From IMG/VR virus record IMGVR_UViG_3300028588_000786, positions 1-29,651 of that record: 29,651 bases of DNA; one strand, written 5' to 3'. The notes below the pieces were generated by a model. That model was not told the DNA's origin. It did no database searches and worked only from the letters and a program-made list of their open reading frames with translations. Shown piece by piece: positions 1 through 8,729 of this stretch. Origin of the DNA: a virus (taxonomy: Duplodnaviria; Caudoviricetes). The position numbers were made by a program, and so were the translations under genes. How positions within the stretch are numbered: the stretch's first letter is position 1; every line of letters begins with the position of its first letter.

Positions 1-327
1 TTACAGCAGATCAGGATCGGTTCCGCCAATATTAGGGCTGGTTACTTTGCTTAAATTGTAACTTACCTCACCATCTTGTTCGGTACCTTTAATTAGCCCT
101 TTTTCATATAAGCTCATTAAAACCTGCTCAGCATGGCGATGCAGTTCCTGAGGTGCTACTTGTGGTTCGTACTCGGTTAACTTGGCAGCTACATCGGGCG
201 CTGTGCCTTCACCTAACTGTGCCAGGGCGTATAAAACCTTGTCTTGCCAGTCGGCCTCAGGATGATAGGCCTCTGGTGGTGCCACCGGTTTAAACTGTTC
301 GTTGAAAGATTGATCTGCTTTATTCAT
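1..327 (-). CDS. Hypothetical protein, possible winged-helix fold (host flank)
   Basis: 108-aa ORF; 'KVLYALAQLGEGTAPDVAAKL...LMSLYEKGLIK' resembles a wHTH pattern; no phage features. Confidence 0.7.
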   Translation of the reverse strand: MNKADQSFNEQFKPVAPPEAYHPEADWQDKVLYALAQLGEGTAPDVAAKLTEYEPQVAPQELHRHAEQVLMSLYEKGLIKGTEQDGEVSYNLSKVTSPNIGGTDPDLL

Positions 328-450
328 AGTAGGTTAATAACATGTCGGTTAAACATATTGTTTCAATCGGTTGCAGTAAACGCTATCGTTAAAAATAACA
401 ATGGAAGCTGTTATATATGCTTAGTTAAACTTTAACTGCTATAATTGCAT

Positions 451-822
451 ATGATTAAGGCGTATCAACTTTATACAGCGGCCGACGGCCATTCTTACTT
501 TAAAGCAGGAAATGTAGCTGAAGCGGTAATTACCCGTGCCGAGTCTATCCGTTTTCAAGAGTCGCCTCCTGGATCGGTGTATGATTGGCATCCGGCCCCA
601 ACTATGCAATTTGTAATAAACTTACGTGGTACCTTAGAGTTTACCACCTATAAAGGCGATACCTTTACCCTTAAACCGGGCGAGGTATTAATAGCGTTGG
701 ATACCACCGGCAGCGGGCATAAATGGCGTTTGCTGGGCGACGACCCGTGGCAGCGGGCTTACGTAGTTTTTGATGCCACTACCGATATTAATTTTATACC
801 TGAGCAGGTAGCAGATGTGTAA
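451..822 (+). CDS. Cupin-domain protein (host flank)
   Basis: ATG at 451 preferred to TTG at 445; cupin motifs 'DWHPAP..QFVINLRGTLEF' and 'LKPGEVLIALDTTGSGH'. Confidence 0.85.
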   Translation: MIKAYQLYTAADGHSYFKAGNVAEAVITRAESIRFQESPPGSVYDWHPAPTMQFVINLRGTLEFTTYKGDTFTLKPGEVLIALDTTGSGHKWRLLGDDPWQRAYVVFDATTDINFIPEQVADV

Positions 823-837
823 GGGGGAACTGAACTG

Positions 838-1296
838 CTAATAGGTTGCTTTAAACCGGTGCTGATAGTACCATTCCATAATATAGGCGCCGTCTTGCCA
901 GGTAAGTTTGCCATCTGCGGCTACCTGGGCTTTTAAAACAGATAGGTTATGCAGGAAGGCACTCTTTAAATCGCCGGTTAAGCTTTGCAGGGTTTTAATG
1001 GCACAAGCGGTAATATCCTGAGGCGTAGCAGCGCCCGAGCAGCTGTCGGCGAGTTTTAACTGGATAAGCAATGTGGGAAGGGCTGCACGCAAAGCAACTT
1101 TAATTCTGTCGTCTGTTTCACCCGGAATAAGGGTGGTCAGGATATCGGCAACGGGGGATTCGACAAACGTTTTAATGTTTTCGGTTACTACCACGCCGGT
1201 ATGTATAGCGGTTTTTAATTCGGCCGGAATACGGTTAAACAGGCTTTGAATAGCTTTCCAGATCTTTCTGATCCAAACGGGAATTTTCATAATCAT
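838..1296 (-). CDS. Hypothetical protein, last gene of lysis cassette
   Basis: 152-aa ORF coupled to the holin by an ATGA overlap at 1293-1296; basic amphipathic N-terminus 'PVWIRKIWKAIQSLFNRI'. Confidence 0.75.
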   Translation of the reverse strand: MIMKIPVWIRKIWKAIQSLFNRIPAELKTAIHTGVVVTENIKTFVESPVADILTTLIPGETDDRIKVALRAALPTLLIQLKLADSCSGAATPQDITACAIKTLQSLTGDLKSAFLHNLSVLKAQVAADGKLTWQDGAYIMEWYYQHRFKATY

Positions 1297-1541
1297 TTTT
1301 TTATTTTAAGTTGACGATAGAATTTCACGGCCCATATTACCGCACGAACTACCCATGACAAAGCTGTAGCACAGCCCACCACGCAACCTGCGCAAGAAGA
1401 GATAGCGGCAACCAGTTTTAATGTTTCATCGGTAATAAGCAGCCCTTTTTGAGCGATAATGTAACTGCTCACGGCAGACAGCATGCCTACATGGGGCTTG
1501 TAGTTGAAATAGTGGTAGAGGTACTTAACGGAGTTTTGCAT
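1293..1541 (-). CDS. Putative holin
   Basis: 82 aa with hydrophobic segments and a basic C-terminus (KFYRQLKIKK); directly downstream of the endolysin. Confidence 0.6.
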   Translation of the reverse strand: MQNSVKYLYHYFNYKPHVGMLSAVSSYIIAQKGLLITDETLKLVAAISSCAGCVVGCATALSWVVRAVIWAVKFYRQLKIKK

Positions 1542-1996
1542 GGCGGGTCATATTGTTTGAGATTGTACTTGTTAATAATGCTGATGAGTTTTTGCGGGTA
1601 GGAGGGGTCGGTAGCGTAGCCGGCTTTTAAGAAGCAGCGGGCTTGTTCTTCGGGGGAAGTGCTTTTAAATACACCATGTGTAGTGTAGCGCTTGTTTACT
1701 TGCAAAAAGCGAACCCTATCGGCAAAGCCGGCAAGTAAAGATGGGTAATAACGGAATGCTTGTTTAAGTGTGATGGGTTTGTTGTTGACAAACTCCTGCG
1801 TTTGGTAGGTAACTGTTTGGCCTTTCCAGCCAGCGCTGGCTTTAATACCGAAGTAATTGTGATGCAAGGCAGATAATTTCGACTTACCATAATTGCTTTC
1901 GAGGCAGGCCTGTGCAATCATAAGTGAAGGAAATAGTTTTGTGCCCTGGCAGGCTTCAATAGCCGGAGGGGCAATTTGGGAGATGAAGGAGAGCAT
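1487..1996 (-). CDS. Endolysin, GH73 glucosaminidase (FlgJ-like)
   Basis: Motifs 'IAQACLESNYG', 'HNYFGIKA', 'FRYY', 'GYATDPSY..KLISII'; ATG at 1996 (MLSFISQIAP) is more likely than 2053. Confidence 0.9.
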   Translation of the reverse strand: MLSFISQIAPPAIEACQGTKLFPSLMIAQACLESNYGKSKLSALHHNYFGIKASAGWKGQTVTYQTQEFVNNKPITLKQAFRYYPSLLAGFADRVRFLQVNKRYTTHGVFKSTSPEEQARCFLKAGYATDPSYPQKLISIINKYNLKQYDPPCKTPLSTSTTISTTSPM

Positions 1997-2612
1997 GGAG
2001 GGTAATTTAGTGTTAGGTTGGGAATAGTAAGTCACGCACGCATTTGCGTGCATCCTTGCACTTAAAATTCAAATAATAGACAGTGGAGCAAATATTTTAT
2101 TATCTTCATCAACCTTATGCAGAATAAATATTTTGTATAATTAGATGGGCTAAGAGCTTTAGCAGTAACATTGTAATGTTTCCACACTGGACCGATAGTT
2201 TCAGTGGTTTACTGATGCGCGTTAGTAAGGAAACTGTTTAATTATATTTATATTAAGTTTAAACGGTATTTAATATCTTGCGGGAGTTTTAAGTTTGAAT
2301 ATAGCCTTTTGTATAAGCCGTCTTGCATTAATTGGCTTGGGGGTTGCATTCATCGTTAATTCGAAATTGATCGGATTCAAAAAAACTAAGATTTGGTTCC
2401 GAACGTGGCAAAGCTATCTAACCGCTAATGGGGCCAAGCAGTATGGTTCAACTTCACAAGCAGATTTAATTAGGGCTTGGACTATTAGAAAATCGTATTT
2501 GACGATTCTAATGAAAGCCTTTAAGAGTTGATAGTGGTGGCTGGTATCAAATCACCTTGGAAATTTAATAATTCAGTACTTTACTTCAAAAGTCTTCAAC
2601 ATATAAGAAAAG

Positions 2613-3620
2613 ATGTCAAGAAACAAGATTAACGCTTTGGAGTCTCTACGTGGCTTTGCAAGTGTTTACGTTGCAATAGGGCACTGGGTTTTATGGAATA
2701 AATCAAACCCAATACTTAAATTGTTCTTTAAATTTGGAACAGAGGCGGTGACGACTTTTTTTTTGTTATCTGGTTTTGTAATTTTCTACTCTACATTGAA
2801 GTCAAATGATATTAATTTGAAAGATTATTTCATTAGGCGTTTTAGGCGAATTTACTTCCCGTTTCTTTGTGCTGTCGTTATTTCCATCGCTATTTATCAG
2901 AGCATCGATATTTCTCTTTCCGAATTTTTGGGAAATCTTTTTATGCTTCAGGATCAGAGACGAACACCCGGTAATATCGTAAATCCATTTTTAGGCAACC
3001 AGCCATTATGGTCCTTGTCTTATGAGTGGATTTTTTACATTATATTCCCGTTTATTTTTAATGTGGTTAAAAATAAAGACAACCGGGTTCACTGGGTTAG
3101 CATTTTTAGCTTGCTTAGCCTTGTTATTTATCTTATTATCCCAAATCATATTTTGCTCGTCTTTGCATACTTTATCATATGGTGGACAGGCTTAGAGTTA
3201 GCAGAATACTTTTTTGGGGATAGAAAACAGAAGCGCTGCAAAACCCTTGTTATCTACTACATTGTTTTTATAACATTGCTTTCTGCAAATTGGCTGTTTT
3301 ACTACCATAGTAACAAAGTGCTTGATTTGGCATCTTACCCATTTTTACCTTTGCGTCAATTTATCTTTGCTTTGGTATGTTTATTAGCCGTTATCTACTC
3401 ATTCAAAGCAACGAAATTTATGGTAAACAAATTAGATATCTTTACCAAGGTTGCGCCTATCTCTTATAGCATTTATATTCTACATTTTCCTATATTAATA
3501 CAGCTTCATATACCAGTTCCCTTTTTTATCGAGATAACGTTCAAGTGTTTGTTGTTACTTGGAACCTCCTATTTAATTGAGGTTATATTGCAACCCAAGA
3601 TTAACAAATTGTTGAGGTGA
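2613..3620 (+). CDS. Acyltransferase family 3 (OafA/Oac-like O-acyltransferase), moron
   Basis: 'LESLRGFA..YVAIGH', 'FFLLSGF', 'RRFRRIY', 'WSLSYEWIFY', 'SYSIYILHFP'; polytopic; visibly AT-rich and opposite in strand to the cluster. Confidence 0.92.
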   Translation: MSRNKINALESLRGFASVYVAIGHWVLWNKSNPILKLFFKFGTEAVTTFFLLSGFVIFYSTLKSNDINLKDYFIRRFRRIYFPFLCAVVISIAIYQSIDISLSEFLGNLFMLQDQRRTPGNIVNPFLGNQPLWSLSYEWIFYIIFPFIFNVVKNKDNRVHWVSIFSLLSLVIYLIIPNHILLVFAYFIIWWTGLELAEYFFGDRKQKRCKTLVIYYIVFITLLSANWLFYYHSNKVLDLASYPFLPLRQFIFALVCLLAVIYSFKATKFMVNKLDIFTKVAPISYSIYILHFPILIQLHIPVPFFIEITFKCLLLLGTSYLIEVILQPKINKLLR

Positions 3621-3694
3621 TTTAGTGTTTATTTGGTAGCTGTGAATCATATGTAGATTAGAAAGAGGCCCGCTAATTTCTTAAATCTATGTAT

Positions 3695-3898
3695 TTAATT
3701 TAAAGTGCTATTGTTGGCCATTCGATAGCGAACAAGTCGAATCGACATGCCTCCTGGTGGTGCAATAAGCGAAATACTCTTAAACCCTGTTTGGGCCTCG
3801 ATGAATTGTCTACGACTCCCTTGTAAATTGATACCTCCAAATCCCATTTGTGCACGAAGCGGCTGGCTCTTTAAAGGCGTAAGACTAATACTAAACAT
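3695..3898 (-). CDS. Small hypothetical protein after spike gene
   Basis: 67 aa; ATG 6 nt after the stop of the 450-aa gene, same strand. Confidence 0.5.
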   Translation of the reverse strand: MFSISLTPLKSQPLRAQMGFGGINLQGSRRQFIEAQTGFKSISLIAPPGGMSIRLVRYRMANNSTLN

Positions 3899-3904
3899 GA
3901 GCTA

Positions 3905-5257
3905 TTAATTTAAGTAAAGGTTTGTTAGTGTAACTCTAAACTGAACCCAAACTACAGGAAAATTGAATGCATTTCCAACTTGATAGGATGCACTGCCATT
4001 GCCATAGTACTTATTTTCCCCGGGGTTAAAGTATAACTTTGGCTGCTGGTTTATTTCAAATTTGTAATACTCACCGGGGGCTCCATAATTACCGTTAGTC
4101 CAATCACTATTTTGTGCAGGCATTTCGTCACTGGTAGTCCAACGCATTTCAATAGACAACCTGTCGGGGTTGCCACCTCCGTTAGCGTTTGCGCCTGCGA
4201 ACACATTAGCATCGGGCACATTGTTATTAGTTGCTGGTGTAGCCGCATTCTTATTAAAGAGCAAAGCACCATTGTAAACCATTTGCATTATTTCAGTCGG
4301 GTTGGCAAAAGCCTTCCAAGGTGCTGATGATACATAACCACTGCTTTGGCCGTTCGTGATAATGGCATCCTGTCCACTTTGATCAATATTGACCCGCTCT
4401 GACAGTGAATTGTTAACTGACCATTCCGCACCTGTAGCAAATACACTGGTTACAGCATAGTTTGTGCCGCCAATATTTGTCAAACCATCACTCGCTTTAA
4501 GAAGATGAGGGCTATCGAATTGAAGTGTATAATCATATTTAGACGCATTATTAAACTTTGGAGCTTGATTAAAGCTATTTGCGTTGAAGGTAGGCTGCGC
4601 GGCTACTTGACTTGCTAAATCGGGATAAGCAGTACCGAGAATGGTTATAGGGCACATAATATTATTATAATCCATGTTTCCACCATTTACGTTTCGATAC
4701 CTTATTGATGATGAACTATTAAAATAACTGTTATTGCATCCTATTATGTAGGCAATACAATTAATAACTATGCAGTAATTTAAATTTATACCTGTACCAG
4801 CGTTCGCATTTTGGTTTGTAGTGATACTGCCAACATTGATAAACTTACAGTAATTGTAATTTAAGGTAGTACTACTACTAATAAACCATCCAACAGTTCC
4901 ACAACTTATAAATGTACAATTGTTGAATGCACTGGTCGATGTAGTATAAACCCCAAGATAGTTTTCAAAAGTTATATTGTTCATAATCACTCCAGAACTT
5001 CCTATTGTAAATAAATTAGTGCCGCTGCCTCTAAACTTCACCTCACCATCCGGTCGTATAGTTGTAGCAAACGACATTGTTTTTGAAATTGTCTCTTCAT
5101 ACATACCAGCACCAATAACTATGATTTGTCCTGCAGCTGTTACCAAGTTTAAAGCCGCATTAAATGTCGCCTTGGGAGTATCAGGTGTCAAACCATCGTT
5201 GGCATCATTACCCGCTTTGGAAACGTAAAAGTTGCCTGCTATTCTGAATCCGTTCAT
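3905..5257 (-). CDS. Putative tail spike / beta-helix (pectin-lyase-like) protein
   Basis: N-terminal 'YVSKAGNDANDGLTPDTPKATF' (DUF1565-like), then Asn/Cys-ladder repeats (FNNCTF, YNYCKF, LNYCIV, GCNNSY) typical of a parallel beta-helix. Confidence 0.7.
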   Translation of the reverse strand: MNGFRIAGNFYVSKAGNDANDGLTPDTPKATFNAALNLVTAAGQIIVIGAGMYEETISKTMSFATTIRPDGEVKFRGSGTNLFTIGSSGVIMNNITFENYLGVYTTSTSAFNNCTFISCGTVGWFISSSTTLNYNYCKFINVGSITTNQNANAGTGINLNYCIVINCIAYIIGCNNSYFNSSSSIRYRNVNGGNMDYNNIMCPITILGTAYPDLASQVAAQPTFNANSFNQAPKFNNASKYDYTLQFDSPHLLKASDGLTNIGGTNYAVTSVFATGAEWSVNNSLSERVNIDQSGQDAIITNGQSSGYVSSAPWKAFANPTEIMQMVYNGALLFNKNAATPATNNNVPDANVFAGANANGGGNPDRLSIEMRWTTSDEMPAQNSDWTNGNYGAPGEYYKFEINQQPKLYFNPGENKYYGNGSASYQVGNAFNFPVVWVQFRVTLTNLYLN

Positions 5258-5515
5258 ATTAAATTTGTTTATTATAATTCTTTTAAGCCCATAAACTCGT
5301 TACCGTAGGGCGGTTGTTCATAATTGTAGGTAACTACAAAATTGTAAGGTTATCACAAGGCAAATTATTGAGTAAATGTGTAGCCTTTACTACCGGTACA
5401 GTTTTTTAAGGTTCGGTTAATCTGTATCTGTACCACTAAAGATTGCACTTCCATGCTTTGTCCATATAGTTTTTCGCTATCTCACAGATGTCCGGAATGT
5501 ATTTGATAATACGTT

Positions 5516-6445
5516 TTAAACAAATTCTATAAATGCGGTGGCGTTTGTTGAATTTGCAGCAAAAGCTATGCGCCATCTTACCCATTTGCCCGCTGGTATA
5601 TTAATAAAGGTATCGGCGGCGAGCGGCAGCGTTGGCGTTAAATAACTTAGGCCATTATCTATACTATACTGGAAGGATGTTGCACCAAACAGCATCACAG
5701 ATTTGATTTTAGCAGCTGCCTTGAAGTATTCGGGACCAATACCATTGTAAGGAGCCACGAATATTAGATTATACTCTTTGTAAATTCCCGCCAATTTGTT
5801 TTTTTCAGCCGTGGTGTAGTCTTCGGTACTTAATACCTTAGTCCCATCTTTATCAACTTTTTTATTTAACTGTGCCTGTGCTTTGCCTAAGGCACCAACT
5901 ACAGTATCATTCTCACTGATCGTAGCTGTATTAGCGGTAGATAACCCCGAAAGCAATGCATTACGAACGAACAGGCTAATATTATCATAAAAGTATTTCA
6001 GCTTACTTAATATAGTTACCAGGTTATCGGTGTTCAGTAGCGAACCTTGAACTGAGGACAGCCCGCTAACCACTAATGTCATAACACTACTTAAAAAGTT
6101 ATCTAAGGTGTTTTTATAGCTGTTAGTAAAGTCATTCGTGCTTAATCCTTTGCCCGCTTCTTTTTGCACGTAATCGGTCAGGTTAACATCCGTTTGTAAC
6201 AACACCAAATTTGCATCGGCAATGCCATCCCTCCACCAGTACAAACTTACACTTGCACCATTGGCAATAACGCATTGCAAACCCTGAAAGCGTAAAGGAA
6301 GCTTAACCAAGTCCTTTGCTTCAGCCACATTAGCAAACGGTACTGTAGTACTGCCGTTGAATTTGCCATATCGCTTATCGGTGGATACGGGGTTAGTTAC
6401 ATCAAAAGGTTTTGCGAACTGGAAGCCCGCTAATTGTTCGGCCAT
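5516..6445 (-). CDS. Fibre protein with phage fibre repeat motif
   Basis: Two copies of a KVDK..GKGLSTNDYT..EKxKL-like motif (VQKEAGKGLSTNDFTNSYK; VDKDGTKVLSTEDYTTAEKNKL). Confidence 0.7.
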   Translation of the reverse strand: MAEQLAGFQFAKPFDVTNPVSTDKRYGKFNGSTTVPFANVAEAKDLVKLPLRFQGLQCVIANGASVSLYWWRDGIADANLVLLQTDVNLTDYVQKEAGKGLSTNDFTNSYKNTLDNFLSSVMTLVVSGLSSVQGSLLNTDNLVTILSKLKYFYDNISLFVRNALLSGLSTANTATISENDTVVGALGKAQAQLNKKVDKDGTKVLSTEDYTTAEKNKLAGIYKEYNLIFVAPYNGIGPEYFKAAAKIKSVMLFGATSFQYSIDNGLSYLTPTLPLAADTFINIPAGKWVRWRIAFAANSTNATAFIEFV

Positions 6446-6448
6446 AGT

Positions 6449-8035
6449 TTATATCGTTAATTCGTGGGTGTGTGGATCGCCATAAGGCACGGCTTGTTCG
6501 TACAGGTAAACATCGTAGCTTACGTCGCCGGTTCCACCATTTTTGAGGTTAAGGGTTTGTTTGCCGGCCAGGTAAATAGACTTGACGTCGCCATTGGTTT
6601 GCACATCTTTAGCAACCATTAGCGATCGGCCAATGCCGTTACGTACAGCTACAAAAAAGCGTTTATGCGTAGTGCCGGTGTTTAGGGTTATGGGTATGCT
6701 GCCGTTTTCCCAAATAAAATTTACTGAGCCACCACCCGATAGGCCTCTTAATGAGTCGCTGCTAAGTGCCACGCCATCAGGAAGGGTTCCGTAAAGGATT
6801 TTATATCTTGGAGTAATGCTTCGTGTTGCTGGTACCGTACCAGCTGCGAATTGATTACGGCTATCTGGCTCACCTGCATCATTGTTTCTGATAGGAGCTG
6901 CTTTATAACTGTAGGTAGATGTAAATGTTATAATCTCGGCGGTAGTAGTATAGTTCAATAAATCCGTAGGGTCTGTAGTGCCAATTTGCATAGCTGCGGC
7001 ATTGCCCACTTTATTAGTTACAACCAGCGGACTAATATCAGCTAATCCACCAGCATGATTATTTGTGTACAACGGATCAACTCTAAAATCAATTACCTGC
7101 CCAACCTCAATCAAATCAATATTTTGCCCTGCCTGTGTAGCGGTTACTTTGGCGGTTACATCTTGTGTTGCAACCGGTTTGTTGTAAACCGGTGGATTGA
7201 CATTTTGATAGGCTTCTTTGTATTGCTCAAAAGCACTGTTAGCGGCGGGCACCGTCATCCCATTGCTGTATTTACCGAAAGGTACGTTGCCGAAAACTTT
7301 GAAGGTAGGAGCGGCGGTGTTTAAGAAAATCTCATTTATAGCTGCTACAACTGTGCTTTTATTAACAGTGCTAAGGCTACTAAGGTTACCCAGTTCGGCA
7401 ATATCCTGGGTCATGTATTTACCAGTACCCCAATTACCATCAGCCTTCGGACCAAATATCATCCAGGTGTTAGTATTAATATAGAAGTCGCCGTTGGTAC
7501 CCACCATTTGGTTCGATGGATTTATAGTGCCACTTAAAACCGTTTTGCCGTTTGTGCCAGGTGCGCCGGTATCACCTTTAGGGCCGGGGCCACCTGCCGG
7601 ACCATCCAGCATCGAAAACTCCATTTCCCAGCCACCAGTTTTTTTTTGGTAGAATATACCATTAGCCGTGTTGATGTAAGTATCGTTAATTTGGCCGCTC
7701 GCAGTATCGGGTTCGCCCAAACCATAGGTAATACTATTGCCTGTTGGTGCGTTTGGTGGAAGTGTGAACACCTGCAACCAGCCGCCATTCCGTTTTTGAT
7801 AGAACGCACCGCTAAGGGTATTAATGGCTACGTCCAAGTCTTTATATTCGGTGTTTTGGGGGATGGTGGTAACAAAAAAGATTTGATTGCCGGAGGCGGT
7901 GGTAGCAGCTAGATAATCACGCAGCTTGTTGAAACTGAACTGGTAATCGGTTTGGTTACGTACCAGTACGCCCACATCATCGCCCGTAATAGAAGAAGGG
8001 GCAACAGGTAATTCGCTTATTTTTTTATCGGGCAT
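6449..8035 (-). CDS. Fibre protein with collagen-like segment
   Basis: 'MPDKKISELP' N-terminus; three 'D.YINT..G..Y.K..G.W'-type repeats; Gly-X-Y run GPKGDTGAPGTNG; 'LGNLSSLSTVNKSTVVAAINEI' fibre motif. Confidence 0.75.
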   Translation of the reverse strand: MPDKKISELPVAPSSITGDDVGVLVRNQTDYQFSFNKLRDYLAATTASGNQIFFVTTIPQNTEYKDLDVAINTLSGAFYQKRNGGWLQVFTLPPNAPTGNSITYGLGEPDTASGQINDTYINTANGIFYQKKTGGWEMEFSMLDGPAGGPGPKGDTGAPGTNGKTVLSGTINPSNQMVGTNGDFYINTNTWMIFGPKADGNWGTGKYMTQDIAELGNLSSLSTVNKSTVVAAINEIFLNTAAPTFKVFGNVPFGKYSNGMTVPAANSAFEQYKEAYQNVNPPVYNKPVATQDVTAKVTATQAGQNIDLIEVGQVIDFRVDPLYTNNHAGGLADISPLVVTNKVGNAAAMQIGTTDPTDLLNYTTTAEIITFTSTYSYKAAPIRNNDAGEPDSRNQFAAGTVPATRSITPRYKILYGTLPDGVALSSDSLRGLSGGGSVNFIWENGSIPITLNTGTTHKRFFVAVRNGIGRSLMVAKDVQTNGDVKSIYLAGKQTLNLKNGGTGDVSYDVYLYEQAVPYGDPHTHELTI

Positions 8036-8038
8036 GGC

Positions 8039-8659
8039 TTAATACAGGGTATCTAAGGGTAAAAAGTTGTCTATTTCGGCAACACCGGTAGTGTCATTAA
8101 AATCGGTACGGTCAATGCCGCGGATGCGTGGACCGGCCTGACGAGCGCTTTTGTTACGTTCGTTGTAACGCCATAACGGGTAGTCGGCTTGATTATCCTG
8201 CAAAAATTTCTCCACCTCGTTGGCATGGGCATTGGCTACGCTGCGTTGTTGCTGTACCAGTTTCAAAATGTCGGGCGTGCTTACGGCTTGAGCGTTATCG
8301 TAATGCTTGATTACTGGTCCGGTAGCGGTAAAGTGCACGCCATTGCTTTCAATAAAGCGGGCAAAGGTGAAGTATACCAAGGTAGAGGCAAGGCCTTCGT
8401 AGGTTACAGTATAGCCCGAGCGGTCTGTATACTCGCAACCATTGAACAGCTTTTTGTAAACCTGCGGCGCATCGGTTTTCATTTGCCCGGCATCGTCGAA
8501 GTATTTTAAGAGCTGGTAATACAAAGGGTAGCCTAAAAACGGTTTCAGGTCCAGTTCCTGTGCTTTTTTGATGAACACCTGCAGGCGCTCGGGCTTTATA
8601 TTGGTGGAGATGTCTTCAAATTGCTGAAAGACGGTTGGGGAGATCAGTATGGGGTTCAT
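8039..8659 (-). CDS. Putative head-tail adaptor (DUF6712-like)
   Basis: Directly after portal; 'FIKKAQELDLKPFLGYPLY' pattern; ATG at 8659 preferred because the 7 codons to 8680 lie in a heptamer repeat. Confidence 0.55.
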   Translation of the reverse strand: MNPILISPTVFQQFEDISTNIKPERLQVFIKKAQELDLKPFLGYPLYYQLLKYFDDAGQMKTDAPQVYKKLFNGCEYTDRSGYTVTYEGLASTLVYFTFARFIESNGVHFTATGPVIKHYDNAQAVSTPDILKLVQQQRSVANAHANEVEKFLQDNQADYPLWRYNERNKSARQAGPRIRGIDRTDFNDTTGVAEIDNFLPLDTLY

Positions 8660-8729
8660 AGTCAATAGTTCTTGGTTCATGGGATAGATGTAGGTTGAGT
8701 GGAGTTCACAATGATCTAAAAGCCATTAA

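Noticed and set aside
823-837. Left attachment site or tRNA integration target
   Set aside because: Only a 15-bp gap separates the convergent cupin and lysis genes; no tRNA or direct-repeat partner was seen in the window
2295-2531. 78-aa + strand ORF upstream of the acyltransferase
   Set aside because: TTG start in AT-rich DNA with no recognisable motif; may be a remnant but cannot be supported
3905-8035. Diversity-generating retroelement or invertase-shuffled fibres
   Set aside because: No reverse transcriptase or recombinase ORF, and no TR/VR-like nucleotide duplication noticed
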